From the sequence record NC_105587.1: a stretch of DNA of 64,000 nt, one strand, 5' to 3'. A program made the position numbers and the translations under genes. The stretch is from Escherichia phage EC100. Of this stretch, positions 25,934 through 34,677 are shown one piece after another (the stretch's first letter is position 1; each line of letters begins with the position of its first letter). The notes under the pieces are model-generated. The model had not been told where the DNA came from, did no database searches, and saw nothing but the letters and a program-made list of their open reading frames with translations.

Positions 25934-26550
25934 TTTTTATTAGTTGACCTCTGATTACCGAGTCATTTTGGCTCGGTTTTCTCTATGCTCAAAGACACTG
26001 ATAGCACCATCCGGAAAATTTTACTTGCAGGATGCCCAAAATCTTGATATAATATTTATATTGAATTGAGAGACATTAGTAAAAATTGATTTTGCTAATT
26101 TTTCTTGTTTACAATCCGCGATACGGAACAGTTAGGCTGCCCCATTAAGGGTTGTTTTAACTATTACTAGTGTTTATATTGCATTAGTTAATCTTCAATT
26201 AAGTGATCTGTGTACCCTGAATTCGGAAAGGTAAATCCAAACCGTGCATATTTAGCTCGTTATATAGGCAGAGTTTTATATGGGGGTGCGAACGAAAAGA
26301 GCAGCGAATGGCGGCACGTACAGTAGTCACCTACCAATAGGATAGTGAGGACAAATAGAATCGGCTTAGCGGCCAATGACCTAGGTTCTATTCTGTATAT
26401 GAGCGAAGAGAGCACAGCACTGAGATATGATAACTTATTCATATTGTTTGATGATAATTGATGTTTACGTAAATAGTAGTAATAGTTGTTCTATTCTTTC
26501 TGAATAGTCCTAAAGAAAAGATTTCGATTAACCAACACAGGAGTATTGTT

Positions 26551-28389
26551 GTGTTTTCTATCCTTCAAGGTCACGCCGGATTTTCTCGTGATTTAGCAAC
26601 AGGTATTTGGCGAGAAATCAAAGCGGAAGATTATACCTTTGCCAAGCGATTCTCGAAAGAGCATCCAGAAGGTAAACCAGCTTCTATGCCCTTCAAATTT
26701 GATGTAATAGAAGAGCACGACCCACAAAGCCTTGCCGAAATGTTACCCCTTATGAGACGTTTAACGTCTGACCCTCATATCGTTGCGGTACGAGGTCGAT
26801 GTCTTGCACCTAAAAATAATGTGCGACGTAAGAAAGGTAACTTTAATGTATCTAATCCTAGTAATATTATTGCTATGGACGTGGATGGTATCCTAGATAC
26901 CGGTGGGTACGACAAATTTAATCTTGTTGGTATGGCCCGCCACATTATTAAGATGTTGAATAGTATTAGTGAGGATATGTTTCCTCTTGATGCAGGCTTT
27001 ATAGCTCATGCATCATCTTCGGCTGGGCTAAAACCAGGTATCCGAATGCACTTAATGCTAGAATCTAACGTCAAGGTAACTCAGGGTCAGCTAAAGTTCT
27101 TATTTACATCTATCAACGATAGTAGTAAGCAAAAATTTGGTTTTGATATTGCCGACCTAGCTTATTATTCATCTGTCCAGCTCCACTATTTTGCCGACCC
27201 CTTATTTAGCGATGGTATTGTTGATCCGTTTAAAGCGGAGAGTAAGCCACGTCTGGTGTATGTTAAAGGTTCGAAAGTAAATTTGCCCAATAATCTAGTT
27301 GACTATGAAACAACTAGAGGGGAGTTTAAGGAAGAGTTTTATTCTTTACTTGATCAAATTAAAGGCAAAAAGATTGCTTCTGATAAAGTAGAAGAAACCA
27401 TCAGCGAGTTAGAAGAGGCTGATGATGGAGTGTATTTGCGTATTATCCCCAAACTATACCATAGAGCATTAGAGGATGGTGTTGATTTTGCATGGCTAGA
27501 ACGTGAGATTAAACCAGCTTTATCTGAATATATTGCAACTAAAGATAACAGTCGTAATATTCAAGATTACTTTAATAACGGTCGTAAGCAGGCTCTCAAA
27601 GCGTTTGTTAATAATTCTAAACGTGAGATTCCATTAAATCTGAAAGGTGTTCCACTTAAGAAATTAGAAGTGGATTCTCCACCAGAAGTTCCATACCTGA
27701 AGATTAATATTGTGCCCCCAAAAGGCCATATAACATTTGTTAAGGCAAGTCTTGGTACGGGTAAAACTACGGCAGTAACTAAATGGCTGGACGCAGGTGT
27801 TCTTCCGGGCAACTTTTTAGCAGTTACAAATACTAGAGCACTGGTATCTTCAAATGCCAAGAAATTTAGTGCAGGACAATACGATAAGTCTGTAGATATG
27901 CTCAACTTTAAGCGTGGAGCTATTGATCGTATGTCCACAACTATTCACTCTTTGCATAAGTTCAAAAGTTTTATTGGGCAAATAGACACCATTTTTATTG
28001 ATGAATGTGACGCTGTAATGAATGACCTATTATTCGCCCCTGTTGTTAAACAACGTCGTGAGTGTATTCAAGTTCTACGTGACATCCTCATGACAGCTAA
28101 GACTGTAATCTTATCCGATGGTGATATTAGTGCTGAGACGATTGAAGCATATGGTTCTCTAATTGATTTTGATAAACCGGTTGCATTTTATAATCATCAC
28201 CGTAAAATGCTGTCAAAAGCTCATGCTTATGAGTTCCCTGATGAGTCCAGTATTTGGGTTGCACTTCAGACTTCTCTAGAGATGGGTGAGAAATCTATTC
28301 TAGTATCTGATTGTGGCCCGGATGAGCTAAATGAGAAAGGTATGGCACTGCGTCGTAATACGGGTGCGTTAGTTAAGGAAATCCATTGA
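26551..28389 (+). CDS. P-loop NTPase / helicase-like protein, N-terminal part (ends at an in-frame TGA)
   Basis: GTG start with AGGAG ribosome-binding site; Walker A SLGTGKTT, Walker B IFIDECDAV; the frame stays open beyond TGA 28387-28389. Confidence 0.6.
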   Translation: MFSILQGHAGFSRDLATGIWREIKAEDYTFAKRFSKEHPEGKPASMPFKFDVIEEHDPQSLAEMLPLMRRLTSDPHIVAVRGRCLAPKNNVRRKKGNFNVSNPSNIIAMDVDGILDTGGYDKFNLVGMARHIIKMLNSISEDMFPLDAGFIAHASSSAGLKPGIRMHLMLESNVKVTQGQLKFLFTSINDSSKQKFGFDIADLAYYSSVQLHYFADPLFSDGIVDPFKAESKPRLVYVKGSKVNLPNNLVDYETTRGEFKEEFYSLLDQIKGKKIASDKVEETISELEEADDGVYLRIIPKLYHRALEDGVDFAWLEREIKPALSEYIATKDNSRNIQDYFNNGRKQALKAFVNNSKREIPLNLKGVPLKKLEVDSPPEVPYLKINIVPPKGHITFVKASLGTGKTTAVTKWLDAGVLPGNFLAVTNTRALVSSNAKKFSAGQYDKSVDMLNFKRGAIDRMSTTIHSLHKFKSFIGQIDTIFIDECDAVMNDLLFAPVVKQRRECIQVLRDILMTAKTVILSDGDISAETIEAYGSLIDFDKPVAFYNHHRKMLSKAHAYEFPDESSIWVALQTSLEMGEKSILVSDCGPDELNEKGMALRRNTGALVKEIH

Positions 28390-28404
28390 AACTCTACCTC
28401 AGAT

Positions 28405-29340
28405 GTGGATATTCGACGTATTCTGGATTACACAACTAATGAACTAATTGATCAACAAATTGATTGCTTATTATGTAGTCCATCCGTAACGAGTGGTGTT
28501 GACTTTAACTATTTTGATAACGTATTTGTGATTACTAGAACTAGTAATCAAGCGCCAAACATGCGTTTCCAAGCAATCAGGCGCGACCGTGGTGCTCAGA
28601 ATATCTATTATTTTATTGATAAATCCACTAGTGGATTCTCCGCAGGTTCTGAACAATATAATATTGATGAGGGTTGGCTGGAGTTAGCACAGCAATTATA
28701 TGCACGTCGCAGGGAGCTGGAATCTAGGAACTATACTAGTACTTTACGTTATTACTTGCTTGATCAGGGTGCAACTATTGATATTTTCAGTGAAAGCTGG
28801 GGAACTATTGAAGGTGCTGGTAAAGAGTACACAGAAGAGCGAATCAAAGCTATTCTGCACTCAACTCCTGATTATTGTGCTCCACGTCATGCGGATGCGT
28901 ATGAAGCTAAGCTACTTCTTGTTCGCTATTATCATCTCGAGTCTATTAAAGATGTAACAGTTGAGCATGTTGAACAATATATAAAAGATAAACCGAATGA
29001 TCGAGCTGCATTCTTCCATAAGATGCACGAGATGTTCTGGGAAGATATTAAGAAGTGTTCAAATGTGACCATTAAACCATTCATAGAGGCTCTGAAAGGT
29101 AAGAAGAAAGATTTCTTCCTTAAAACCGGTCAGAGTGCTAACCCAAAATATGCTAGAATGTATCTTGGCATGATGGGTATTGGTAAGGATATGAACACGG
29201 AGAATATCGTAGACTGGTACAGAACCTACTGTAAAATCGAGTGTATGCCAATTCCTTATAAATTCATGACTGACGAGGAAAAACATATGCACGATGAAGC
29301 AATGTCAGAGCTAGGTGCTAGAAATGACAGTGAAGAATAA
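28405..29340 (+). CDS. helicase-like protein, C-terminal continuation (same frame as 26551..28389)
   Basis: Same reading frame as the upstream ORF, five codons after its TGA; begins with helicase-like block LLCSPSVTSGVDFN. Confidence 0.5.
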   Translation: MDIRRILDYTTNELIDQQIDCLLCSPSVTSGVDFNYFDNVFVITRTSNQAPNMRFQAIRRDRGAQNIYYFIDKSTSGFSAGSEQYNIDEGWLELAQQLYARRRELESRNYTSTLRYYLLDQGATIDIFSESWGTIEGAGKEYTEERIKAILHSTPDYCAPRHADAYEAKLLLVRYYHLESIKDVTVEHVEQYIKDKPNDRAAFFHKMHEMFWEDIKKCSNVTIKPFIEALKGKKKDFFLKTGQSANPKYARMYLGMMGIGKDMNTENIVDWYRTYCKIECMPIPYKFMTDEEKHMHDEAMSELGARNDSEE

Positions 29341-29557
29341 AAAATGGGAAACAAGGAAGTTTCCAGTAAAAGAACGTAAAGTTCCTGTTTATGATACTTC
29401 GGAAAAGCTATGTAGGGTGGTACCACATAGATTAGCTGGTATCCCTAACATATCCGAGTGGTTACTTAAACAACGGAGGACTAACGTATCTCTTCGCATA
29501 GGGTTTGAGTTAGATAAAGTATATGCTGAACTTTCTTCTTTGCTCAAGGAATCGTAA
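29315..29557 (+). CDS. hypothetical protein (about 80 aa)
   Basis: Overlaps the 3' end of the helicase-like gene; basic N-terminus. Confidence 0.35.
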   Translation: MLEMTVKNKKWETRKFPVKERKVPVYDTSEKLCRVVPHRLAGIPNISEWLLKQRRTNVSLRIGFELDKVYAELSSLLKES

Positions 29558-29565
29558 AAATTTAT

Positions 29566-29594
29566 TTGCTTTCAGGAAAATTTTTCTGTATAAT
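29566..29594 (+). promoter_or_regulatory. promoter matching phage T5 PN25
   Basis: TTTATTTGCTTTCAGGAAAATTTTTCTGTATAATAGATTCATAAATTTGAGAGAGGAG matches the PN25 sequence as I remember it, including the downstream ATGGCTGGTTCTCGC. Confidence 0.8.
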
Positions 29595-29625
29595 AGATTC
29601 ATAAATTTGAGAGAGGAGTTTAAAT

Positions 29626-30330
29626 ATGGCTGGTTCTCGCAGAAAGAAACATATCCATGAAATCCCGGATGAAGTCTTTAAAAAAGTTATAGAGCATCTG
29701 GAGAATGGTGGTACTAAGAAAGCAGCATGTGAAATGCTCGGCGTATCATCCAATCCAACTATGGAAAGGATGATTGAAGAATGGCAAGACCGCCAGATTC
29801 AAGTTGCCGAAATGAAGAAAAAGAAACGTGGCACACTTATTGAAGGCATAGAGTTAGCCAACGTTATTGAGCAGTATTTATCTGGTGATTCTTTTGAAGA
29901 AATTGCCGATCGTAATTATCGCTCTGTAGCAATGGTTAAATCTGTTCTGGAACGATATGGTGCTCTACTTCGTTTTAACGATATTGTAGATCCATTGAAT
30001 CCTCCAATTATTCCTGATGATGCTGTAGCAGAAGAATTTGCAGTTGGTGAGCTTGTTTGGGTTCCTGGATACCAGTGTATCGGTGAAATCAAAAAAGCAA
30101 TGGATAATCCTGTTGGTTGTTACCGTGTTTGGCTTCTATCAGAAGGCAAACAACAGAACGTTCATTATATGAATTACGAGCTGGCTTCTGTTAAACATCT
30201 GGAAAAGTTAGGAGTAGACGTAAAATCTTTAGGATATAAGTGGACTCGTGAAGAAATTATTACGTTGATTAACGAAGCTGTTAAGGCCGCCTTGAAACTT
30301 GATAAAGAAAAAGGAAAACGCCGTGAGTAA
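29626..30330 (+). CDS. helix-turn-helix DNA-binding protein, first gene of the PN25-type transcription unit
   Basis: Immediately downstream of a promoter matching T5 PN25 as I remember it; GAGAGAGGAG ribosome-binding site; N-terminal helix-turn-helix (TKKAACEMLGVSSNPTMERM). Confidence 0.6.
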   Translation: MAGSRRKKHIHEIPDEVFKKVIEHLENGGTKKAACEMLGVSSNPTMERMIEEWQDRQIQVAEMKKKKRGTLIEGIELANVIEQYLSGDSFEEIADRNYRSVAMVKSVLERYGALLRFNDIVDPLNPPIIPDDAVAEEFAVGELVWVPGYQCIGEIKKAMDNPVGCYRVWLLSEGKQQNVHYMNYELASVKHLEKLGVDVKSLGYKWTREEIITLINEAVKAALKLDKEKGKRRE

Positions 30331-30586
30331 ACTAACAGATTTGCTTAAAGATGGAGATGTAAAATATCTCCAGCGGGATAGCTGGGGTAACTGGGATGCT
30401 CGTACTTATTACTCTACTATTATAAAAGTAGATGTTGATAATAATGATATTGTCGAGTTTACCTGGTGGCCCAATGAAGATGGGTATACCAAGTTCGGTA
30501 TAAAAGACGCAACATGGAAAACCACCTCCCTAACCCTAGAAGAAGCTCTGGCGGATGATTGGGAGATCGTTGAGCTAGATGTGTAG
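30323..30586 (+). CDS. hypothetical protein (about 87 aa)
   Basis: GTG start overlapping the end of the preceding gene. Confidence 0.4.
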   Translation: MSKLTDLLKDGDVKYLQRDSWGNWDARTYYSTIIKVDVDNNDIVEFTWWPNEDGYTKFGIKDATWKTTSLTLEEALADDWEIVELDV

Positions 30587-30605
30587 CAATTACTGAAAAA
30601 TTTCA

Positions 30606-30634
30606 GTTGCTTAATCCTATAATTCTTGATATAA
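30606..30634 (+). promoter_or_regulatory. T5 early-class promoter (TTGCTT, 17 bp, TATAAT)
   Basis: Upstream of 30693..31103. Confidence 0.6.
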
Positions 30635-30692
30635 TATTCTCATAGTTTGAAAGAACTATTCTGTTTAATTCTTAATTAAGGAAATATAAAAT

Positions 30693-31103
30693 ATGACTAC
30701 TCCAACTCAGTGGACTGATGAACTGTTTGAAAAAATGTCTTCCGAATATGTTGCTCGTATGGAGCAATTCCCAGAGGATGAACGTCCGGGCGTTAGCATG
30801 GAAATTGTTAGTGAAATTGCCCAGGAAAATGGTGTAACTCCGAACGGTTTTCGTATGAAGCTGACTAAAGCAGGTTTGTATATCAAGAAAGCTGCTGGTT
30901 CTACTTCTAAATCTAGCGCATCTACTGGAGAAAAAGCTTCCGGTGGTTCTCGTACCTCCAAAGCTCAAGCCCATGCCGACCTTCGTTCAGCGTTCTCTGA
31001 TGCTGGCTTAGCACCAGATTTTCTGGATGATGCAATTATCGACAAATTGACCGGTAAAGCGGCTGCTCATCTGGCAGAAGCAATCCGAGCTATCACTAAG
31101 TAA
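30693..31103 (+). CDS. hypothetical protein, likely abundant (136 aa)
   Basis: T5-class promoter (30606-30634) and AAGGA ribosome-binding site; E. coli-optimal codons; Ser/Thr/Ala-rich linker. Confidence 0.5.
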   Translation: MTTPTQWTDELFEKMSSEYVARMEQFPEDERPGVSMEIVSEIAQENGVTPNGFRMKLTKAGLYIKKAAGSTSKSSASTGEKASGGSRTSKAQAHADLRSAFSDAGLAPDFLDDAIIDKLTGKAAAHLAEAIRAITK

Positions 31104-31138
31104 TTTTAGATAAATCCACCACAAAAGGAACTATAGCT

Positions 31139-31435
31139 ATGACTAAAGCTGAAATTATTGCACAGTGCGAAAAATTTGGTGAGTTTTATCTTCATTACGA
31201 GAAACTTCGTCAGAAAGGAACCACGTACCTTCAGGGTACAATGGAATTTGATCCAGCCCAAGATAAATATCTGGCTGAGCGTATTAAACGTGAACGTATT
31301 CGTAAAGCGAAAGATGATGAAATCCTTGTCTTCTCTCGTACTAATGATAGCTTCCGTTTTATTCCTGTCGAGAAAGTTCGTCGTGTGACTAGCCTCCAAT
31401 CAGAGTTAGATCGTGCTTCTCCAGTAGGCCGATAA
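31139..31435 (+). CDS. hypothetical protein (98 aa)
   Basis: AAAGGA ribosome-binding site; followed by an intrinsic terminator. Confidence 0.5.
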   Translation: MTKAEIIAQCEKFGEFYLHYEKLRQKGTTYLQGTMEFDPAQDKYLAERIKRERIRKAKDDEILVFSRTNDSFRFIPVEKVRRVTSLQSELDRASPVGR

Positions 31436-31443
31436 GAAAACAA

Positions 31444-31466
31444 TTAGCCCCTATATGGGGCTTTTT
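31444..31466 (+). terminator. intrinsic terminator
   Basis: AGCCCC-TATAT-GGGGCT followed by TTTTTG. Confidence 0.7.
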
Positions 31467-31485
31467 GTGTATTTGGGATATGTAA

Positions 31486-31794
31486 ATGAGCGAACAGGTA
31501 AATCAAAACTATGAAGGACACGTTGATGACCAGTCCATCATACTTTGGGAGAAGGAGGGAGAACAAGTAAGATTAACAGTATCTGAATTTCGTGGGAATC
31601 TATACATGGGTATTCGTTACTGGCTTCTTGATATTAATGATGAATGGTTTCCAACGAAATCTGGCTTCTCTTTTCCTTACACCCTAGAAACAACATCACA
31701 GCTTTTCTATGCGTTTACACAGATTCTCAGCGAATCTGAGGTTTTACATGAAGTACAGAAACGAGCTGAAGAACTCAAAGCCAAGAATGCCTAG
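31486..31794 (+). CDS. PC4/YdbC-like ssDNA-binding protein
   Basis: PC4-fold signature: WEKEGEQVRLTVSEFRGNLYMGIRYWLLDINDEWFPTKSGFSFP; 102 aa. Confidence 0.5.
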   Translation: MSEQVNQNYEGHVDDQSIILWEKEGEQVRLTVSEFRGNLYMGIRYWLLDINDEWFPTKSGFSFPYTLETTSQLFYAFTQILSESEVLHEVQKRAEELKAKNA

Positions 31795-31821
31795 TTCTTG
31801 GCTTTTTCTTTATAAATGTAT

Positions 31822-31850
31822 TTGCTTTCAACTCAGTTTTGATATATAAT
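31822..31850 (+). promoter_or_regulatory. T5 early-class promoter upstream of the ligase N-terminal gene
   Basis: TTGCTT, 17 bp, TATAAT followed by ATTTATATAAATT. Confidence 0.6.
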
Positions 31851-31881
31851 ATTTATATAAATTAATGAGAGATATAAATAA

Positions 31882-32853
31882 ATGACCAATGTAAAAGAAT
31901 TTATTAAACGCTGTCAAGAAGCATATTATCAAGGCATGTCTTTAATCTCTGATGAAGAATATGATCGCCTGGTAAAACGCTTCCCGTTAGAGGAAGAGAT
32001 CGGGCCTAAGGGTGATATTCCACACCTATATCGTATGTATTCTTTACAGAAAGTTTATTATAACCGTGGGGATAAACCACCATTTAATCCTTTAGGTCAG
32101 GTAGAAACTGATAAGTTAGATGGTTGTGCAATTTCTCTGCTATATATTAACGGTGAATTTGTTCAAGCATTAACCCGTGGTAATGGTATTCTGGGAAATG
32201 ATGTAACAAGCAACGTAAGATTGCTGAACATTCCTAAAAAGATTTCCCAAAAAGTACCTACTCAAATCACTGGTGAAGTTCTAATTACAAAAGAAGTAGA
32301 AAATAAACGTAACTTTGCCTCTGGTGCTATTAACCTCAAAGATAGTGATGCTTTCGTACAACGCATTGGAGAAGGCGGTTTAATCTTTGTTGCTTACGGT
32401 ATCCAATGTTCTGCTGAATCTGTAGGTATTACAGAAGCATATTTAAAAGATATGCTTTGGCTAGAGAAGGAGAACTTCTTAACAGTTGTTAATGTGCGTT
32501 CCTTTTTTAAATGGATTCCTACGGACGGTAAAGTTGTTCGTATTAATGACAATAACAAATTCTTCCGTGAAGGCTGGACTAATAAATTCCCTCGTGGAGC
32601 ATTCGCCATTAAAGAGGATGAAGAAGGCGAAATTACAACTCTTACTAAAGTTGAATGGCAGGTAGGGGCTTCTGGTAAAGTAACTCCAGTTGGTTATTTC
32701 GAACCGGTAATTATTGATGATGCTACAATTGTTAAAGCGACTCTTAATAACGTTGATTATATTAACTCTCTTGATCTAGAGATCGGTTGCCAGATTCGAG
32801 TGATTCGTGCTGGTGGTGTAATCCCGTGCATAGTAGAGCGAGTATACGATTAA
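31882..32853 (+). CDS. NAD-dependent DNA ligase, N-terminal adenylation/OB part (split gene)
   Basis: LigA-type adenylation block KLDGCAISLLYINGEFVQALTRGNG; own T5-class promoter upstream. Confidence 0.8.
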   Translation: MTNVKEFIKRCQEAYYQGMSLISDEEYDRLVKRFPLEEEIGPKGDIPHLYRMYSLQKVYYNRGDKPPFNPLGQVETDKLDGCAISLLYINGEFVQALTRGNGILGNDVTSNVRLLNIPKKISQKVPTQITGEVLITKEVENKRNFASGAINLKDSDAFVQRIGEGGLIFVAYGIQCSAESVGITEAYLKDMLWLEKENFLTVVNVRSFFKWIPTDGKVVRINDNNKFFREGWTNKFPRGAFAIKEDEEGEITTLTKVEWQVGASGKVTPVGYFEPVIIDDATIVKATLNNVDYINSLDLEIGCQIRVIRAGGVIPCIVERVYD

Positions 32854-32903
32854 TACATAACCCTTTGCTACCCATCTACCATATCGGAATTATAAAGTGG
32901 TTA

Positions 32904-32932
32904 TTGACATTTTCGCCGCTTAGGTATATACT
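32904..32932 (+). promoter_or_regulatory. sigma70-type promoter (TTGACA, 17 bp, TATACT) between the ligase halves
   Basis: TTGACATTTTCGC core identical over 13 nt to the 4757 element. Confidence 0.45.
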
Positions 32933-32996
32933 ATTATCATTCAGTTGAGGGATAGAAAGTTATGGCGAGGGTAAGCAAAGTTAGTTAAAATTGTAG

Positions 32997-33025
32997 TTGC
33001 TAAATGCTTAAATACTTGCTATAAT
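32997..33025 (+). promoter_or_regulatory. T5 early-class promoter upstream of the ligase C-terminal gene
   Basis: TTGCTA, 17 bp, TATAAT followed by ATTTATATAAATT and the AGGAAG ribosome-binding site. Confidence 0.6.
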
Positions 33026-33055
33026 ATTTATATAAATTGATAAGGAAGAAATTTG

Positions 33056-33835
33056 ATGAAAATCGAAATTCCAACACAATGTCCCTCTTGTGGTTCTAAG
33101 CTAGATCTTGTCAACGGACAATTATTCTGTCGTAATAAGTCCAACTGTCCAGCGCAATCAAGTAAGTTAATTGAGAACTTCTGTTCAAAAATGAAGTTAA
33201 AGGGCTTTGGCCCAAAAACTATTGAGAAGCTGGAGCTGACGAAGATTTCAGAACTATTTTACCTAACCGAAGAAGATTTGGTTAGAGCCGTGGGTAGCAA
33301 GGTTGCCGCTAAGTTAATTAGCGAATTAAATACTAAAGTTCGCGGAGACATTGACTTTGGTTCAGTTCTCGGTTCTTTAGGAATCCCTCTAATTGGAGAG
33401 GTTGCAGCAAAGAAATTGTCCCAAAATTGCACCAGTTTTCAAGATGTGAAGGCTGACGGCAAGGCTGGAGAAAACTATAAAGCCTGGCTAAATTCCCCAC
33501 AAGGCAAGGATGTTATCGAATTACCGTGGAAATTCACAACTGGTATTAAAGGTGCTAAAGCTGAGGTCATCATTACTGATGGTCTAGTAGCCCAGCCAAA
33601 TGGAATCGCGGTGTGTATTACCGGGTCTTTGCAAGATTTTGCAAATCGAACGGATGCAACAAACTATTTAGAAGGTCTAGGATATACGGTTAAGAAATCC
33701 GTTACCAAAGACGTCAAATACCTAATCTGTGAGGATGAATCTAAGCGTTCTTCCTCATCTTATAAGAAAGCCGAAACGAATGGGATAGAAATCCTGTCGA
33801 TTAAAGAACTATTGGAGAAAAATAATAATGTCTAA
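33056..33835 (+). CDS. NAD-dependent DNA ligase, C-terminal zinc finger/HhH/BRCT part (split gene)
   Basis: Zinc finger CPSCGS...C...C, helix-hairpin-helix region, BRCT-like C-terminus; AGGAAG ribosome-binding site and own promoter. Confidence 0.75.
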   Translation: MKIEIPTQCPSCGSKLDLVNGQLFCRNKSNCPAQSSKLIENFCSKMKLKGFGPKTIEKLELTKISELFYLTEEDLVRAVGSKVAAKLISELNTKVRGDIDFGSVLGSLGIPLIGEVAAKKLSQNCTSFQDVKADGKAGENYKAWLNSPQGKDVIELPWKFTTGIKGAKAEVIITDGLVAQPNGIAVCITGSLQDFANRTDATNYLEGLGYTVKKSVTKDVKYLICEDESKRSSSSYKKAETNGIEILSIKELLEKNNNV

Positions 33836-34595
33836 ACTGAACTGGAACGTAGAAGGTGTAACCGAGTCTCTGAAAGCAAAAGCCACTGCTCTGGGTGTTG
33901 CTGTAATCTCTCAAGAACAAGTAGCGGCTATCGCTGCTGAACTGGCTGCTGAAACTGGCAAAGACGTTACCGCTCGCTCTGTTGGCTCTAAGCTGCGTAA
34001 AGAAGGTTTCGAAGTACAGAAAGCTAACGAAGTACAGAAATCCCCGTGGACTCCTGAGCAGGAAGCTGAACTGGTTGATTTCCTGAACGCTCATGCTGGT
34101 CAGTATACCTATGCTGAAATCGCTGCTGCTGTAGCTGGTGGTCAGTTCGGTGCTAAGCAGGTACAGGGTAAGATCCTGAGTCTGGAAATGACCGCTTCTG
34201 TTAAACCAACTGAAAAAGCTGCTGCTGTTCGTTCCTTCACTCCGGATGAAGAAACTGACTTTGTTAATCAGGTTGTTGCTGGAGCTACTATTGAAGCTAT
34301 CGCTGCTCACTTCGGTCGTAATATCAAACAGATCCGTGGTAAAGCTCTGAGTCTGCTTCGTGAAGGTCGTATCGCCGCTATGCCGGTACAGGAAACTTCA
34401 AGTGCTAAAACTCGTGAAGATCTGTTAGAAGGTCTGGATCTGGCTAACATGACCGTTGCTGAGATCGCTGAGAAAACTGGTAAGTCTGAGCGCGGTGTTA
34501 AATCTATGCTGTCTCGTCGTGGTCTGGTTGCTAAGGACTATGATGGTGCCGCTAAGCGTGCTAAACTGGATGCAAAAGCTGCGGCTGCTGAATAA
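33828..34595 (+). CDS. abundant DNA-binding-like protein with three helix-turn-helix-like repeats
   Basis: Three repeats (YTYAEIAAAVAGGQFGAKQVQGKILSL / TIEAIAAHFGRNIKQIRGKALSL / MTVAEIAEKTGKSERGVKSMLSR); optimal codons; terminator downstream. Confidence 0.6.
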   Translation: MSKLNWNVEGVTESLKAKATALGVAVISQEQVAAIAAELAAETGKDVTARSVGSKLRKEGFEVQKANEVQKSPWTPEQEAELVDFLNAHAGQYTYAEIAAAVAGGQFGAKQVQGKILSLEMTASVKPTEKAAAVRSFTPDEETDFVNQVVAGATIEAIAAHFGRNIKQIRGKALSLLREGRIAAMPVQETSSAKTREDLLEGLDLANMTVAEIAEKTGKSERGVKSMLSRRGLVAKDYDGAAKRAKLDAKAAAAE

Positions 34596-34611
34596 TCTGG
34601 TAAATTAAACC

Positions 34612-34646
34612 TAAGGGGAGGGGGCTATGCTCCTTCCCCTTTTTGC
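34612..34646 (+). terminator. intrinsic terminator after the helix-turn-helix repeat gene
   Basis: AGGGGAGGGGGC...GCTCCTTCCCCT imperfect hairpin followed by TTTTTG. Confidence 0.6.
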
Positions 34647-34677
34647 ATTTAGAAGGCACGAAAGCGTGCAAAGGAGA

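Noticed and set aside
26260-26442. Minus-strand 60-aa ORF in the 617-bp intergenic region
   Set aside because: Opposite to the local transcription direction with no ribosome-binding site; the region is kept as a noncoding finding.
27567-27938. Minus-strand 123-aa ORF inside the helicase-like gene
   Set aside because: Antisense to a motif-supported coding frame.
33801-34310. Minus-strand 169-aa Ser/Phe-rich ORF
   Set aside because: Antisense to the helix-turn-helix repeat gene; low-complexity translation produced by the codon bias of the sense strand.
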